The notes: generated by a model not told the origin, from the sequence alone. DNA of 59,602 nucleotides from Candidatus Moraniibacteriota bacterium (GCA_013334245.1 JAAXXZ010000005.1:1-59602); one strand, 5' to 3'; positions 23,873 to 34,894 are shown, counted from the first letter of the stretch. Translations and numbers: made by a program.

Positions 23873-24640
23873 TCATCTCGCCACGACGATTCCGAAGACA
23901 TGTCTCGCACCGGATTTTTTCAATACTTTCGCGCATTCCTCGAGTGTGGCGCCGGTCGTGGCGACGTCATCGATGAGCCAAATCGTTTTCCCTTTCAGTT
24001 CCTTTCGAAATGGTTGGCTGTCGGACGGGAGCGAAAAGGCTCCTTTCAGGTTCGCCTTTCGCTCCTTGGCTCCGTGACTTCTGGCCTGCGGGAGCGTGAA
24101 GCGAAGCCGGACCAGCAGGTCGGAGCGGACCGGTATCGGCATATCGGGCATGAATGCGGCGGTGAACGATTCGGCAAGCAAGGCGGATTGGTTGAACCCG
24201 CGGTAGCGGAGACGCCACGGATGAAGCGGGACGGGAACGATCATATCGGCGATCGGCAGCTCGGTCTTGGCGGTCGCTTTTGCGAGGAACGCTCCGAGCG
24301 GGAACGCGAGCTCCGGAACATATTCGTATTTGAGCACATGGACGGCTTCGGCGACCGCGGTCGCTTCACGGAAGACGGATGCGGAGAAAACGCCGTCGAG
24401 CGAGTGCTTCGGTACGCACGAAAAGCAGGTCCGGCCGTCGGGCGTGAGTACGGACTCACAGAAGGGGCAGGAATGTTCTCGTTTCCATGGCGAACCGTAG
24501 AGGCACGCATCGCACAGATAGGTGCCCCTTTTACCGCAGCCGATACAGGATCGGGGAAACAGGAGGTCCGCGAAAAATTCCCGCAAAGGGGAAAACATCG
24601 CGATTCTGTTGCGAGATGTCCGTATCATCCCGGTTCGCAT
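23873..24640 (-). CDS. comF: ComF-family competence protein (zinc ribbon plus PRTase domain)
   Basis: LFPRSCIGC...CDAC...CPFC...CFSC, PVPLHPWRLRYRGFNQS, LIDDVATTGATL. Confidence 0.93.
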   Translation of the reverse strand: MRTGMIRTSRNRIAMFSPLREFFADLLFPRSCIGCGKRGTYLCDACLYGSPWKREHSCPFCESVLTPDGRTCFSCVPKHSLDGVFSASVFREATAVAEAVHVLKYEYVPELAFPLGAFLAKATAKTELPIADMIVPVPLHPWRLRYRGFNQSALLAESFTAAFMPDMPIPVRSDLLVRLRFTLPQARSHGAKERKANLKGAFSLPSDSQPFRKELKGKTIWLIDDVATTGATLEECAKVLKKSGARHVFGIVVAR

Positions 24641-24682
24641 TTCGTTAGTGTGCCGATTTCGAACCCGTTCTCCACCGCGGTA

Positions 24683-27220
24683 TTACTTTTTGATCGGTGT
24701 TTTTTTCGGTTCGGTGCAGATGATCGTTTCGCCCGAAAGGGAAAGGATGAGTTTGCGTTTCGTGCCGGAGCCGGACAGAAGTTTCGATGCGACCGGGCGC
24801 TCGACGAGCTCCTCGATGTTTTTCCGGACGAGTCGGGCTCCTTGTTCCGGAACGAGGCTTTTTTCGGCGAGTGTGGCGATGACCGGCGCAGCGATGGAAA
24901 GGGAGACGCCTTTCCTGGCGAGTCGTTTTTTGAGTGCGCCGAGTTCAAGCCGCACTATTTTCGCGATCGCGTCCTTGCCGAGCGCGTCGAAGACGACGGT
25001 GCGGCCGATTCGGGCGAGCAGTTCGGGCCGGAACGTCTTCTTGAGCTCCTCGAGTGCGGCATTCTTTGCCGATTCGGAACGCGACGTCGAATGACGGGCA
25101 TCGCCCTTTTCGAAACCGATATGATCGTTCTTGAAGAAAGAACCGGTGCCGACATTGGACGTGATCACGATGAGCGCGTCGCGGAAGCTTACGGACCGAC
25201 CTTCGGCGTCGGTGAGCGTGCCTTCGTCGAGGATCTGAAGCAGTATGCCGGCGACGTCGGGATGCGCTTTCTCGATCTCGTCGAACAGTACGACGGCATG
25301 AGGCATGCGGCGTATCCGTTCCGTGAGCTTGCCGCCTTCCCCGTAGCCGATATAGCCGGCGGGCGCCCCGATCATCTGCGCGACACTGTGCCGTTCCATG
25401 AACTCGCTCATGTCCAGTCGGATGAGGCGGTCCCGACCGCCGAAAAACTCCTCGGCGACGGTTCTGGCCACCAGGGTCTTTCCGACGCCGGTCGGCCCCA
25501 GGAAAAGGAGCGAGCTGAGCGGTCGGCTCGGGTCGCGTACTTCCGAGAGTGAACGGATGAGAGAGGATTCGACGGCGCTGATGGCGTCTTCTTGTAGGGC
25601 GATGCGGTTTCGCAACGTCTTGCCGAGCCGCTCCAGGCGATGTTCCGGGCGATCCCGTTCTAGCGTCGCGAAGGGAATGCCGGTCATGGCCGATACGGTT
25701 TCGAGCAGGTCCCGTTCCGTGAGGGCTATCCGTTCGGATCCGGATCGCTCTTTCGCCTCGCGTGCGGACAGTTTCGCTATCTCTCTGCTGATACGCAGTT
25801 CTTCCTGGAGCATCTCCGCGGCCTCGTCGAAGCGTCCTTCGGACATGAGCAGTTCCTTTTCCCCGAGGATATTTTTTCTCGAGCTTTCGAGCGCCGCGGC
25901 CGCGCGCCCCGCGGGCGTGACGCTCCGGCGGTTCTTGGAAAGCGACGAGGCTTCGTCGAGTATGTCGATCGCCTTGTCGGGGAGGAAACGGTCGTGCAGG
26001 TGGCGGACCGAAAGATCGACCGAAAGGTCGAGGAGTCCTGCCGCGATCGAGATTCCATGAAACGATTCGTATGCGGGGCGGATTCCCCGGAGGAGTTTCT
26101 TCGTTTCTTCGGGTGAGGGCTCGTTGACGGCTACCGGCTGGAAGCGCCGACCGAGCGCGGGGTCCTTTTCGATATGCTTGCGATATTCCGCGTTCGTGGT
26201 GGCGCCGATGACGCGAATCTCGCCGCGCGCAAGTGCCGGTTTGAGGATGTTTGCGGCATCGAGCCCGCCCTGGGCATTTCCGGCGCCGACGATGGTGTGC
26301 AGTTCATCGATGAAGAGAATGATATCGGGACGTTCCTTCGCTTCGCGGACGATTTCCTTGAGTCGTGCCTCGAATTCACCTCGAAAACTGGTTCCGGCCA
26401 CGACGAGCGCAAGGTCGAGTGCGAGGAAACGCTTGCCCGAAAGCGATGCCGATGCCTCGCCCTCCGAGATCTGTTTCGCGATAGCCGAGACGATCGCGGT
26501 CTTGCCGACGCCCGGTTCCCCGAGAAGGACCGGGTTGTTCTTCTGGCGCCGGCCGAGGATGCTAGTGACCCTTGCGATTTCCGCCTCGCGGCCGAAAAAA
26601 ATGTCTCCGCGTTCCGTCGCCTCGCGGCCGAGGTCGGTCGTATACTGCGAGAGCGCCGGTGGCAGACCGTCCGTTCCCGACGTCCGTTTCGCGAGCGTCA
26701 GCTCCGGAAGGTCGAGCAGTTTGCCGAAGTCCGGAACGTGTTCCAGTCCGAGGTGCGATTCGAGCTCCGAAAGTGATTGCTCATGGTCGATGCCTGCCTT
26801 GGCCAGGACGTCAAGGATTTCTCGGTCGGGTTTTGTCAGGATGGCGTGTATGACATGTTCCGTTCCTACATACGGCGAACCGAACCGGTTCGCGGAAAGG
26901 AACGCCCTTGTGAGCACGTCCTTGGTTTCGGTCGAGAACGGTATCGATTTCGATGCGCGTCCAATCCGTTTCGCGGGTTTTTTCGGCGTGATCTTTTCCG
27001 GTCCGGATACGTTTCCGGCGACGGGTCGCAGCGCATCGCGCTTCAGCCCGGCATTGACGAGAAACAGGCTGCCGAGACTCCCGTCCTCGGAAAGGATGGC
27101 TGTCAGGAGGTGGATCGGACGGACAGAAGCGTCCGCGGACGCCTTCGCGACGACGGAGGCTTCGCTCAGGGTTTTTCGTGCGCGCAGGGAAAATTTTTCC
27201 GGCAGATGTCCGATGTTCAT
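24683..27220 (-). CDS. clpC: ATP-dependent Clp protease ATP-binding subunit (ClpC-like)
   Basis: Two Clp-N repeats, GEPGVGKT, FIDELH, GATT, GPTGVGKT, DMSEFME, FDEIEKAH. Start placed at MNIGHLP. Confidence 0.92.
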   Translation of the reverse strand: MNIGHLPEKFSLRARKTLSEASVVAKASADASVRPIHLLTAILSEDGSLGSLFLVNAGLKRDALRPVAGNVSGPEKITPKKPAKRIGRASKSIPFSTETKDVLTRAFLSANRFGSPYVGTEHVIHAILTKPDREILDVLAKAGIDHEQSLSELESHLGLEHVPDFGKLLDLPELTLAKRTSGTDGLPPALSQYTTDLGREATERGDIFFGREAEIARVTSILGRRQKNNPVLLGEPGVGKTAIVSAIAKQISEGEASASLSGKRFLALDLALVVAGTSFRGEFEARLKEIVREAKERPDIILFIDELHTIVGAGNAQGGLDAANILKPALARGEIRVIGATTNAEYRKHIEKDPALGRRFQPVAVNEPSPEETKKLLRGIRPAYESFHGISIAAGLLDLSVDLSVRHLHDRFLPDKAIDILDEASSLSKNRRSVTPAGRAAAALESSRKNILGEKELLMSEGRFDEAAEMLQEELRISREIAKLSAREAKERSGSERIALTERDLLETVSAMTGIPFATLERDRPEHRLERLGKTLRNRIALQEDAISAVESSLIRSLSEVRDPSRPLSSLLFLGPTGVGKTLVARTVAEEFFGGRDRLIRLDMSEFMERHSVAQMIGAPAGYIGYGEGGKLTERIRRMPHAVVLFDEIEKAHPDVAGILLQILDEGTLTDAEGRSVSFRDALIVITSNVGTGSFFKNDHIGFEKGDARHSTSRSESAKNAALEELKKTFRPELLARIGRTVVFDALGKDAIAKIVRLELGALKKRLARKGVSLSIAAPVIATLAEKSLVPEQGARLVRKNIEELVERPVASKLLSGSGTKRKLILSLSGETIICTEPKKTPIKK

Positions 27221-27407
27221 ACTTTCAATGATATCACGGGAGAAGGATATCCGGTGGTGGGACAATTGTATGGACATGGACGTGCCGTGTCAATGATTCC
27301 CGTTCGCCGGTCAACATTTTCCTTCCGTTCGAATCGTGGTATACTTCCGACTGACAAGGGGAGTACATCCGTATTTCGTCTCCTCTTTCCGTAAACACAA
27401 AGAACGT

Positions 27408-28484
27408 ATGGGAATGTTTTCCAAGGAACGGTTTCTCGGTGTCGATTTCGGAACGGAATCGATCAAGGCCGTGGAGCTTGAGCTTCGCGGCGGACGCCCG
27501 TTTCTCACGAATTACGGCGAGGCGACACTGTTTCCACCCCATGATCCGCAAAAACCGGCGGTGCGGTCTTTCCGTGAGGATATGGCCGTCAGATTTCGCG
27601 TGCTGTTGGAGAAGATGAAGCCGGAAACGAGAGAAGTCTGCATTTCCATGCCGTCCTTTCTGGGTCTCATATCGCTCATCGACTTTCCGAAAATGACGGA
27701 TGCCGAACTCGAGGAGGCGGTACGGTTCGAGGCGAGAAAGTACATCCCGAGTCCGCTCGAGGACGTCTCGCTGTCATGGGAACTGCTCGAGAAGAAGGGC
27801 GCGGACGAAGCGGCATCCGAAGACGGAAAACAACAGAAATCGGAGATACTTCTCGTCGCGGCGCTCAATAAGGACGTCTGGCAGTACGAAGGATACGTGA
27901 ACGCGGTCGGATACAAGATGAAGCTGCTTGAATTGGAAACGTTTTCCATCGTCCGCGCGGTCGTCGGGAACGATCCCGGAACGTTTCTCGTCATCGATAT
28001 TGGCGCGCGCGCCGCGAACCTGATACTCGTCGAGGGAGGGTACGTGAAGAAGAGTCGGAGCATCGACGCCGGTGGTCGCGATATCACGCGTTCCCTCGCG
28101 GAGAGCCTGAACATATCTCCCGATCGTGCCGACGCCCTCAAGAAGAGCGGCAAGGATTTTCTGAACGCGAAGGACATAGCGGTAATTTTTCCCGCGGTGG
28201 AAACGATCGTCAGCGAGGCATCCCGCATGGTCGATTCCTGGAAAGTGAAGCGACCGGATGGGAATATCGACGGGGTCATTCTCTCCGGTGGAACGGGGCG
28301 TCTTGCCGGTCTCACTTCGTATCTCTCGAAAAAGCTCGGCGTTCCCGCGACCTTGTCGGATCCGTGGCGTGCCATTTCCTATCCGCCCGCCCTTCAGACG
28401 AAGATAGAATCCATCGGTGCGTCCTTTTCTGCGGCGATCGGACTCGCATTGTACGGAGCCGCGGAGTCCGAGAAGAAGAAATGA
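27408..28484 (+). CDS. pilM: Type IV pilus assembly protein PilM
   Basis: LGVDFGTESIKAVEL, actin-like fold, VIDIGA, VILSGGTG. Confidence 0.92.
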   Translation: MGMFSKERFLGVDFGTESIKAVELELRGGRPFLTNYGEATLFPPHDPQKPAVRSFREDMAVRFRVLLEKMKPETREVCISMPSFLGLISLIDFPKMTDAELEEAVRFEARKYIPSPLEDVSLSWELLEKKGADEAASEDGKQQKSEILLVAALNKDVWQYEGYVNAVGYKMKLLELETFSIVRAVVGNDPGTFLVIDIGARAANLILVEGGYVKKSRSIDAGGRDITRSLAESLNISPDRADALKKSGKDFLNAKDIAVIFPAVETIVSEASRMVDSWKVKRPDGNIDGVILSGGTGRLAGLTSYLSKKLGVPATLSDPWRAISYPPALQTKIESIGASFSAAIGLALYGAAESEKKK

Positions 28485-28513
28485 AAACGATACCGCATTT
28501 TACGGAATGACCG

Positions 28514-29089
28514 ATGCGGGATATAATTCGGAAGAACGATAAACCCAAAAACGGAAATCATATGCCGGGAATGAACTTGGCACAGTCGACCCAACAGGGA
28601 AAGATAGGAAGCGGAAGACATATCGGCAAGGGATTGATTTTTCTTCTTTCCGTCGTTTCGGCGGTGGTTGTGATCTGGGTCGGTTTTTCCTTTTATGAAC
28701 GATTCCTTTCCGGAAGCATTGCCGATGCCGAGAACAGGATCGTCGAAGAACGGCAGAACATGTCCATGGAGAAGGTCGATAAGGTGACCGATTTCCAATT
28801 CAGGCTTGAAAGGATAGCAGCAGAAAAAGAGGGCTTCCTCGGTCCTGCCGAAATGCTCGCCTCTGTCGAAACCCTGATTCTCCCGAGCGTGAAACTTTCC
28901 GATTTCGCCTACGAAGAATCGGAACGGACGGTCCATATGAAAGGTGAGGCGGATTCCTTCAGGACCGTCGTCCAACAGATGGTACTGCTGAAGAAAATGC
29001 CAAAATTGGAGACATTGACCGTTCCGACGCTTGGAAGGAACAAGGACGGGCGAATCGATTTCACGTTCTCGATCATCTTCGGACAATAG
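28514..29089 (+). CDS. pilN: PilN-like pilus alignment protein
   Basis: Single TM helix plus ferredoxin-like C-terminus, located between pilM and pilO-like genes. Start uncertain. Confidence 0.65.
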   Translation: MRDIIRKNDKPKNGNHMPGMNLAQSTQQGKIGSGRHIGKGLIFLLSVVSAVVVIWVGFSFYERFLSGSIADAENRIVEERQNMSMEKVDKVTDFQFRLERIAAEKEGFLGPAEMLASVETLILPSVKLSDFAYEESERTVHMKGEADSFRTVVQQMVLLKKMPKLETLTVPTLGRNKDGRIDFTFSIIFGQ

Positions 29090-29105
29090 GAATAAAAACA
29101 AACGT

Positions 29106-29873
29106 ATGTCGATCAAGAGACTTTCCTTCCCGATATTCATCATCATCGTCATATTCCTCGGCGTCTTCCTCGTGAAGCCGGCGGTCGTTTCGGTCATGGA
29201 AAAAAGACAGGTGAAGGCAGAAAAGGAGGCCGAACTTTCGGCGGTGGAAGCGACGAAACAGAATCTGGAAGTACTGGCGAGTTCCCGGGAGTCGTTGCTC
29301 GGTACCGATGAGGGTAGAATGGTATACGCCTATCTTCCCGTTTCACTCGACCAGGATCGCATCGTCGACGTTTTCAACTACTATGCCATGCAATCCGGCG
29401 CTGTGGTCAACAATATCACCTTCGAGTCGAAGGATACGAAAAAATCGCCGTATTTTCCTGCGGACACGCAGGAGGAAATGGATCCGCTGAGCGCCCCGAA
29501 GTCGCCCGTGCCGAGCACATTCACCTTGTCGGCGAACATCCAGGGATCGTACGAAAGCATCAAGGCATTCCTGAAGGAGGTATCGCGACCCGCCCGTTCG
29601 TACAAGCTGGTGTCGTTCGCGATCGTCAAGAAGGATTCCGGTACCGATCAGAGCGGTCAGCCGATGCCTGATTCCGGCATCCTTTCAGGGAGCTTTGCCG
29701 CGGAGTTCTACTATCTTCCCGAGAAGCAATATCCGCGAGGATACCTTCTTCCGGTATTCAGCGCCGGGCAGTTCGATATGACCGGTATCAGGGATCTCAT
29801 GGCGAAAGAAAAGACGGTTCCCGCGTTGTCCGATCCGGGAAACGCCGGACGAGGAAATCCATTCGTACTGTAG
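29106..29873 (+). CDS. pilO: PilO-like pilus alignment protein
   Basis: N-terminal TM, coiled coil, ANIQGSYESIKAFL. Confidence 0.7.
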   Translation: MSIKRLSFPIFIIIVIFLGVFLVKPAVVSVMEKRQVKAEKEAELSAVEATKQNLEVLASSRESLLGTDEGRMVYAYLPVSLDQDRIVDVFNYYAMQSGAVVNNITFESKDTKKSPYFPADTQEEMDPLSAPKSPVPSTFTLSANIQGSYESIKAFLKEVSRPARSYKLVSFAIVKKDSGTDQSGQPMPDSGILSGSFAAEFYYLPEKQYPRGYLLPVFSAGQFDMTGIRDLMAKEKTVPALSDPGNAGRGNPFVL

Positions 29874-29890
29874 TAAGCGCACATACCGGT

Positions 29891-31621
29891 ATGAGTGATG
29901 TCACCCTCGAGCAGGAGAAGGTTTCCGATTCGGCGGATGACGTGGTTGTCGCTGGCGCAGGCACGTCAGAGGGCGCCGACGAGATCGCTTTGGAAAAGCG
30001 GGCCGAGACTCTCGGAATGCCGTTTATCGGCGAGGCACCGAAAAAAATCGAACGTTCGGTCATCGGATACATTCCCGAGGATGCGGCGTCGAAATATCGG
30101 ATGGCCGTGTACGAGAAGAGCGGAGAGACGCTTCGGGTCGCGATGACCGATCCGGAGGATTTTGAGGCGCTCAATATCCTTCGCTTCCTGGCCGAAAAGG
30201 AACAGAAGAGCATCGAGATAGCATTGGCTCCGCGGGTCGTCATCGACGAGATGCTAAAGAATTATACCGGTACGGACCGCGCCCTGAAGGAGGCGATACT
30301 TTCGCTCAAGAGCGACGACGTTTCGACCGGGGTCTCGCTCATGACCGACCTGGAGTCGGAGATCGAAACGACACGGCAGGACAAAGAGGTGCTTCAGGAC
30401 GCGCCGATCGCGCGGCTCGTGGAATCGATCGTGAAGCATGCCATCGAGGCTCGCGCGAGCGATATCCATATCGAGCCGGCCGAGGAGAACTATCGCGTCC
30501 GATTCCGAGTGGACGGATTGTTGCATTCGTCGCTCGTATTCCCTCCGCAGATCGGTCGGGCGGTAATCGCGCGCATCAAGATCCTTTCGAACCTGAAGAT
30601 CGATGAGAAGCGGAAACCGCAGGACGGCCGGTTTCGGGCCGAGCACGAGGGGGAGACCGTCGACCTGCGTATTTCGACGCTTCCGGTGGTGAACGGGGAG
30701 AAGGTTGTCATGCGTATTCTCGACAAGAAAGACAATATCGTCGATTTCAAACAGATGGGGCTGTGGGGTCGTACCGGGGAAGTGATGCGTAAGAAAATCG
30801 CCGATCCGTACGGTATCATACTCTTGACCGGCCCTACCGGCTCCGGAAAGTCGACGACGCTGTATTCGTTCCTGCAGATCCTGAATCAGGATGAGCGGAA
30901 CATAATCACGCTTGAGGATCCGGTCGAGTACTCCATTCAGGGAATCAACCAGAGCCAGGTGAAGCCCGAGATCGGATACACCTTTGCGAACGGGCTTCGT
31001 TCGATTTTGCGTCAGGACCCGAACGTGATCATGGTAGGGGAGATCCGGGACAGTGAAACGGCCGAACTTGCGATTCACTCCGCCCTGACGGGGCACCTCG
31101 TGCTGTCGACGCTCCACACGAACAACGCGATCGGATCGATACCCCGATTCGTCGACATGGGGGTCGAACCGTTCCTTATCGCTTCGGCCGTGCAGGTGGT
31201 GGCAGCGCAGCGGCTCGTCCGGCGGATCTGCCCGGATTGCCGGGAAGAGATCGATGTCACTCCGCTCCTTCGGAAGAAGCTCGAGAAAATCGCCGACGAA
31301 GTCGACCCGGACGAGCTGAAGATGTACGGGTACGATTCATCCAAAGGGGTCCACCTTTACCATGGGAAAGGATGCGAGGTGTGTGGGAATACCGGTTACA
31401 AGGGGCGTATCGCCATCTATGAGGCGCTCGAACTTACCGAGGAGGTCAAACGGATAGTCATCGACGACCGCGCGAACGAGTCAAAGCTTCAGGAGGAGGC
31501 GAAGCGGCAGAAGATGCTCACGATGCGGCAGGACGGGCTTCTGAAAGTCTTTTGTGGGGTGACGACGCTCGCGGAAGTGGAGCGGGTGACGGACGGCGAT
31601 GTCCTGGTGGATGAGGAATAA
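29891..31621 (+). CDS. pilB: Type IV pilus assembly ATPase (PilB/GspE)
   Basis: ASDIHIEP, GPTGSGKSTTLY, TLEDPVE, LRQDPNVIMVGEIRD, CPDC...CEVC, GRIAIYE. Confidence 0.96.
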   Translation: MSDVTLEQEKVSDSADDVVVAGAGTSEGADEIALEKRAETLGMPFIGEAPKKIERSVIGYIPEDAASKYRMAVYEKSGETLRVAMTDPEDFEALNILRFLAEKEQKSIEIALAPRVVIDEMLKNYTGTDRALKEAILSLKSDDVSTGVSLMTDLESEIETTRQDKEVLQDAPIARLVESIVKHAIEARASDIHIEPAEENYRVRFRVDGLLHSSLVFPPQIGRAVIARIKILSNLKIDEKRKPQDGRFRAEHEGETVDLRISTLPVVNGEKVVMRILDKKDNIVDFKQMGLWGRTGEVMRKKIADPYGIILLTGPTGSGKSTTLYSFLQILNQDERNIITLEDPVEYSIQGINQSQVKPEIGYTFANGLRSILRQDPNVIMVGEIRDSETAELAIHSALTGHLVLSTLHTNNAIGSIPRFVDMGVEPFLIASAVQVVAAQRLVRRICPDCREEIDVTPLLRKKLEKIADEVDPDELKMYGYDSSKGVHLYHGKGCEVCGNTGYKGRIAIYEALELTEEVKRIVIDDRANESKLQEEAKRQKMLTMRQDGLLKVFCGVTTLAEVERVTDGDVLVDEE

Positions 31622-31627
31622 TCTTTC

Positions 31628-32098
31628 ATGATGCGACCTATGGGAATCTCGAAATTCGCCGGGAAAAAGATACTGCTCATGGAAGACGATTTTTTTGTGA
31701 GGGACATCTATCAGAAGAAACTCAGGGAATGCGGATTCGTGGTGGAAACGGCCGGTGACGGCGTCGAGGGCATGGAGCGGTTGAAGCGGTCCACACCCGA
31801 TCTTATCCTACTCGATATCTTCATGCCGTACATGGACGGTCGCGACGTGATGCGGGAAATCAAGGGCGATCCGGAACGGAAAAACATTCCCGTCATCCTG
31901 CTGACGAACTTCTCGGCACACGAGGGCGTTCGCGACGGATTCGATCTCGGCGCCGAGGAATACCTTATCAAATCGCACTTCACGCCGTCCGAGGTCCTGG
32001 GGAAGGTGGAATCCATATTGGAAAAGGGCGCGAAAGGTGATACCCTGAAGGAAACGGAACTATCTAAGGAGATCGCTTCCGATTCGGTCGGAGCGTAG
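31628..32098 (+). CDS. Single-domain response regulator (receiver)
   Basis: MEDD, DLILLDIFMPYMDG, LLTN, YLIKS. Confidence 0.92.
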   Translation: MMRPMGISKFAGKKILLMEDDFFVRDIYQKKLRECGFVVETAGDGVEGMERLKRSTPDLILLDIFMPYMDGRDVMREIKGDPERKNIPVILLTNFSAHEGVRDGFDLGAEEYLIKSHFTPSEVLGKVESILEKGAKGDTLKETELSKEIASDSVGA

Positions 32099-32123
32099 CG
32101 GTAAGCAAACATCAACACGAATT

Positions 32124-33221
32124 ATGTCAGACGGATCAGAAATACTGCATGCCGAGCAGCGGGTCAAGAACCTCCTTCTGCTCGTTGGGCAGCAAGGGGC
32201 CTCGGACCTCCACTTGGTGGTGGGACGGTATCCGACCCTCCGTATCAACGGGAAGCTGCATCCGATCACGCAGGAAAAGATTTTGACGCCGGCTGATACG
32301 AAGGCGCTGTCGGATATCCTGCTCACCGAAGAGGGGAAGGAAGAGCTTCTCTCTTCCGGACAGGCGGATTTCTCGTACAATTTCGAGAACCGGATGCGGT
32401 TCCGAACGAACGTCTTTTTTCAGAAGGGATTCGTGAGCGTGACGATGCGGTTCGTCATGGACCACGTGCGGAACCTGGAGGAACTCAATATTCCGACATC
32501 GCTGTACAATTTCGCGAACTATTCGCAGGGGCTGGTGCTCGTGACGGGACCGGTCGGTCACGGAAAGTCTACGACGCTCGCCGCGATCATAGAGTATATC
32601 AATCACAATCAGGAGAAGCACATCGTGACCATCGAGGACCCGATTGAATTCGTCTACACGCAGGACCGATGCATCATCAACCAGCGTGAAGTCGGACGAG
32701 ACGCGAAAACGTTCCCGCTTGCGCTCCGCGCGGTATTCCGGGAGGATGCCAACGTAGTCCTATTGGCGGAACTTCGCGACCTTGAGACAATCGCCACCGC
32801 AATGACCGCGGCCGAGACCGGACATCTTATCTTCGCGACGGTCCATACGAACGACGCGGCCCAGACCATCGACCGTATCATCGACGTCTTCCCGGCACAC
32901 CAGCAGAACCAGATCCGTTCGCAGCTTGCGAGCGTGCTGCTCGGCGTTGTTTCGCAGCGGCTCATTCCGCGGATGGACGGGGCCGGACGCATCCCGGCCA
33001 TCGAAATCATGCTCAAGAACCATGCGGTCGAGAACCTCATCCGTGAAAACAAAACGCACCAGCTCGACAGCGTCATAGAGACGAGTCTTAAGGAAGGCAT
33101 GGTGTCGCTCGATCGGTCGCTTGCCGACCTGGTCCGTCGGGGTCTCATCTCCGTGAATGACGCACTCCTGTATTCGAAGAACCGGCAGTATCTCGAGATG
33201 CTCATCGCGAAGTCCGAGTAA
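32124..33221 (+). CDS. pilT: Type IV pilus retraction ATPase
   Basis: ASDLHL, GPVGHGKSTTLA, TIEDPIE, AAETGHLIFATVHT, AIEIM. Confidence 0.93.
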   Translation: MSDGSEILHAEQRVKNLLLLVGQQGASDLHLVVGRYPTLRINGKLHPITQEKILTPADTKALSDILLTEEGKEELLSSGQADFSYNFENRMRFRTNVFFQKGFVSVTMRFVMDHVRNLEELNIPTSLYNFANYSQGLVLVTGPVGHGKSTTLAAIIEYINHNQEKHIVTIEDPIEFVYTQDRCIINQREVGRDAKTFPLALRAVFREDANVVLLAELRDLETIATAMTAAETGHLIFATVHTNDAAQTIDRIIDVFPAHQQNQIRSQLASVLLGVVSQRLIPRMDGAGRIPAIEIMLKNHAVENLIRENKTHQLDSVIETSLKEGMVSLDRSLADLVRRGLISVNDALLYSKNRQYLEMLIAKSE

Positions 33222-33253
33222 GCGCACGACATAAGAAACGAACGGGAAAACGT

Positions 33254-34465
33254 ATGAAGTTCGCATTCAAGGCGAAAAACGTCGAAGGCGTGGTCAGGGA
33301 AGGGGTCGTCGAGGCGGATACCCGCGATGCCGCCAGTCTTCTGCTTCAAAGGAACGGCCTTCTGCCGGTATCCATCCGAGAGGAAGGCGGAAAATCCGCT
33401 GTCATGAAGGATCTCGCGCGTATCTGGGAAGGTGTGAGTCGCAAGGAGCTTGTGGCGTTTTTCCGTCAGTTAGGGGTACTCATCGAGGCGAAGGTTCCGG
33501 TCACCGCGTCACTTCTGGCTATCGCTGAGGAGACTGACAATTCGTACTTTCGTATCATTCTCAAAGAGACCAAGGACGATGTTGACGACGGTATGTCGCT
33601 TTCGGACGCCATGGCGAAACATGCGGACGTCTTTTCTCCTCTCATGGTGAATCTTATCCACGCCGGAGAGGTTTCCGGAGGACTCCAGCATTCCGTCACG
33701 TTCGTGGCTGACACGCTTGAGAAGGATTACTATCTCGTTTCGAAGATCAAGGGAGCTCTTTATTATCCCGCTTTCGTTCTCAGTGTTTCCGTCATAATCG
33801 GTTTTCTGGTCGTAGCGTTCATCATCCCGAAAATTACGGTCGTACTGAAGGACTTCGATGCGACTTTGCCGTGGTATACACAAGCAATCGTCGCGACGAG
33901 CGACTTTCTGTCGATGTACTGGTGGACGGTCGTTCTTGTCGTGGGAGCGGTGGTCGGATCGTTCATATACTATATCCGGACCCCGGACGGTCGGCGCGCC
34001 TGGGACGAGCAGATCTTCTCGATTCCGATCGTCGGCAAGATCGCGCAGTATGTCTTTATCGCGAGACTTTCAGAAAACCTCGGCGTGCTGCTCAACGGCG
34101 GTATTCCGATCATCCGGTCGCTGTCCATCGTGAGCAATATCGTCGGAAATCAGACCTTTCAGCATATCATTCTCGAAGCGGCCGAAGAGGTCCGCAAGGG
34201 CGGGAACATGAGTACGGCGTTCTTTCGGGCCAAGGAGATTCCGCACCTGGTCTCGCAGATGGTGAAGATCGGGGAAGAGAGCGGAACCATCTCCAATATC
34301 CTTCGGAACATCGCGGCATTCTACTCCCAGGAGGTGGACGGAATGACCCGAAACCTGACAACTCTTTTGGAGCCGCTCCTTATCGTCATTCTCGGTATCG
34401 GCGTCGCGATTCTGGTTGTCGGAATCCTGCTCCCGATATATAATGTGGTCGGAAACTTCACGTGA
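33254..34465 (+). CDS. pilC: Type IV pilus platform protein (PilC/GspF)
   Basis: FFRQLGVLIEAKVP, GEVSGGL, YYPAFV, GEESGT, EPLLIV. Confidence 0.95.
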   Translation: MKFAFKAKNVEGVVREGVVEADTRDAASLLLQRNGLLPVSIREEGGKSAVMKDLARIWEGVSRKELVAFFRQLGVLIEAKVPVTASLLAIAEETDNSYFRIILKETKDDVDDGMSLSDAMAKHADVFSPLMVNLIHAGEVSGGLQHSVTFVADTLEKDYYLVSKIKGALYYPAFVLSVSVIIGFLVVAFIIPKITVVLKDFDATLPWYTQAIVATSDFLSMYWWTVVLVVGAVVGSFIYYIRTPDGRRAWDEQIFSIPIVGKIAQYVFIARLSENLGVLLNGGIPIIRSLSIVSNIVGNQTFQHIILEAAEEVRKGGNMSTAFFRAKEIPHLVSQMVKIGEESGTISNILRNIAAFYSQEVDGMTRNLTTLLEPLLIVILGIGVAILVVGILLPIYNVVGNFT

Positions 34466-34528
34466 TTTTTCCGGGAGTCTCGGATAAATAACAAACACTA
34501 TGAAAACAAAGAAAGGGGGTGACAATAC

Positions 34529-34894
34529 ATGAAGAAAATGAAACAGGGCTTCACCCTTATCGAACTTCTTATCGTCATCGCGATCATCGGTATCCTCGCC
34601 TCGATCGTCCTCGTGAGCCTCTCGAGTGCTCGTGAGAAGGCGAAAGTCGCTTCATTCAAGGCGGCGGCGCATTCGATTCAGTCCGCTGCCATCATGGCGT
34701 GCGACTCGGCAGCGCTGAATAACAGCTCGATTCCGGTCAACAATGCCTCGTACATCGGTACGCTGACCTACGGGACCAACAGTTGCGGTTCCAACGGAAA
34801 CGGGACGTTCTCGATAACGGCGCCTTCGACTGGCCTTACGACCGCCTGCAATGCGACGGTGACTGATACGGGAGTAACGTTTAACGGTTGCTAG
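34529..34894 (+). CDS. pilA: Type IV major pilin, copy 1
   Basis: Class III signal G|FTLIELLIVIAIIGILAS; strong RBS; C-terminal Cys residues. Confidence 0.92.
   Translation: MKKMKQGFTLIELLIVIAIIGILASIVLVSLSSAREKAKVASFKAAAHSIQSAAIMACDSAALNNSSIPVNNASYIGTLTYGTNSCGSNGNGTFSITAPSTGLTTACNATVTDTGVTFNGC

Noticed and set aside
23867-27394. Long antisense ORFs (e.g. 23867..25552, 26124..27296, 37071..38558, 43053..44276)
   Set aside because: Shadow ORFs expected opposite GC-rich genes; no motifs or independent signals.
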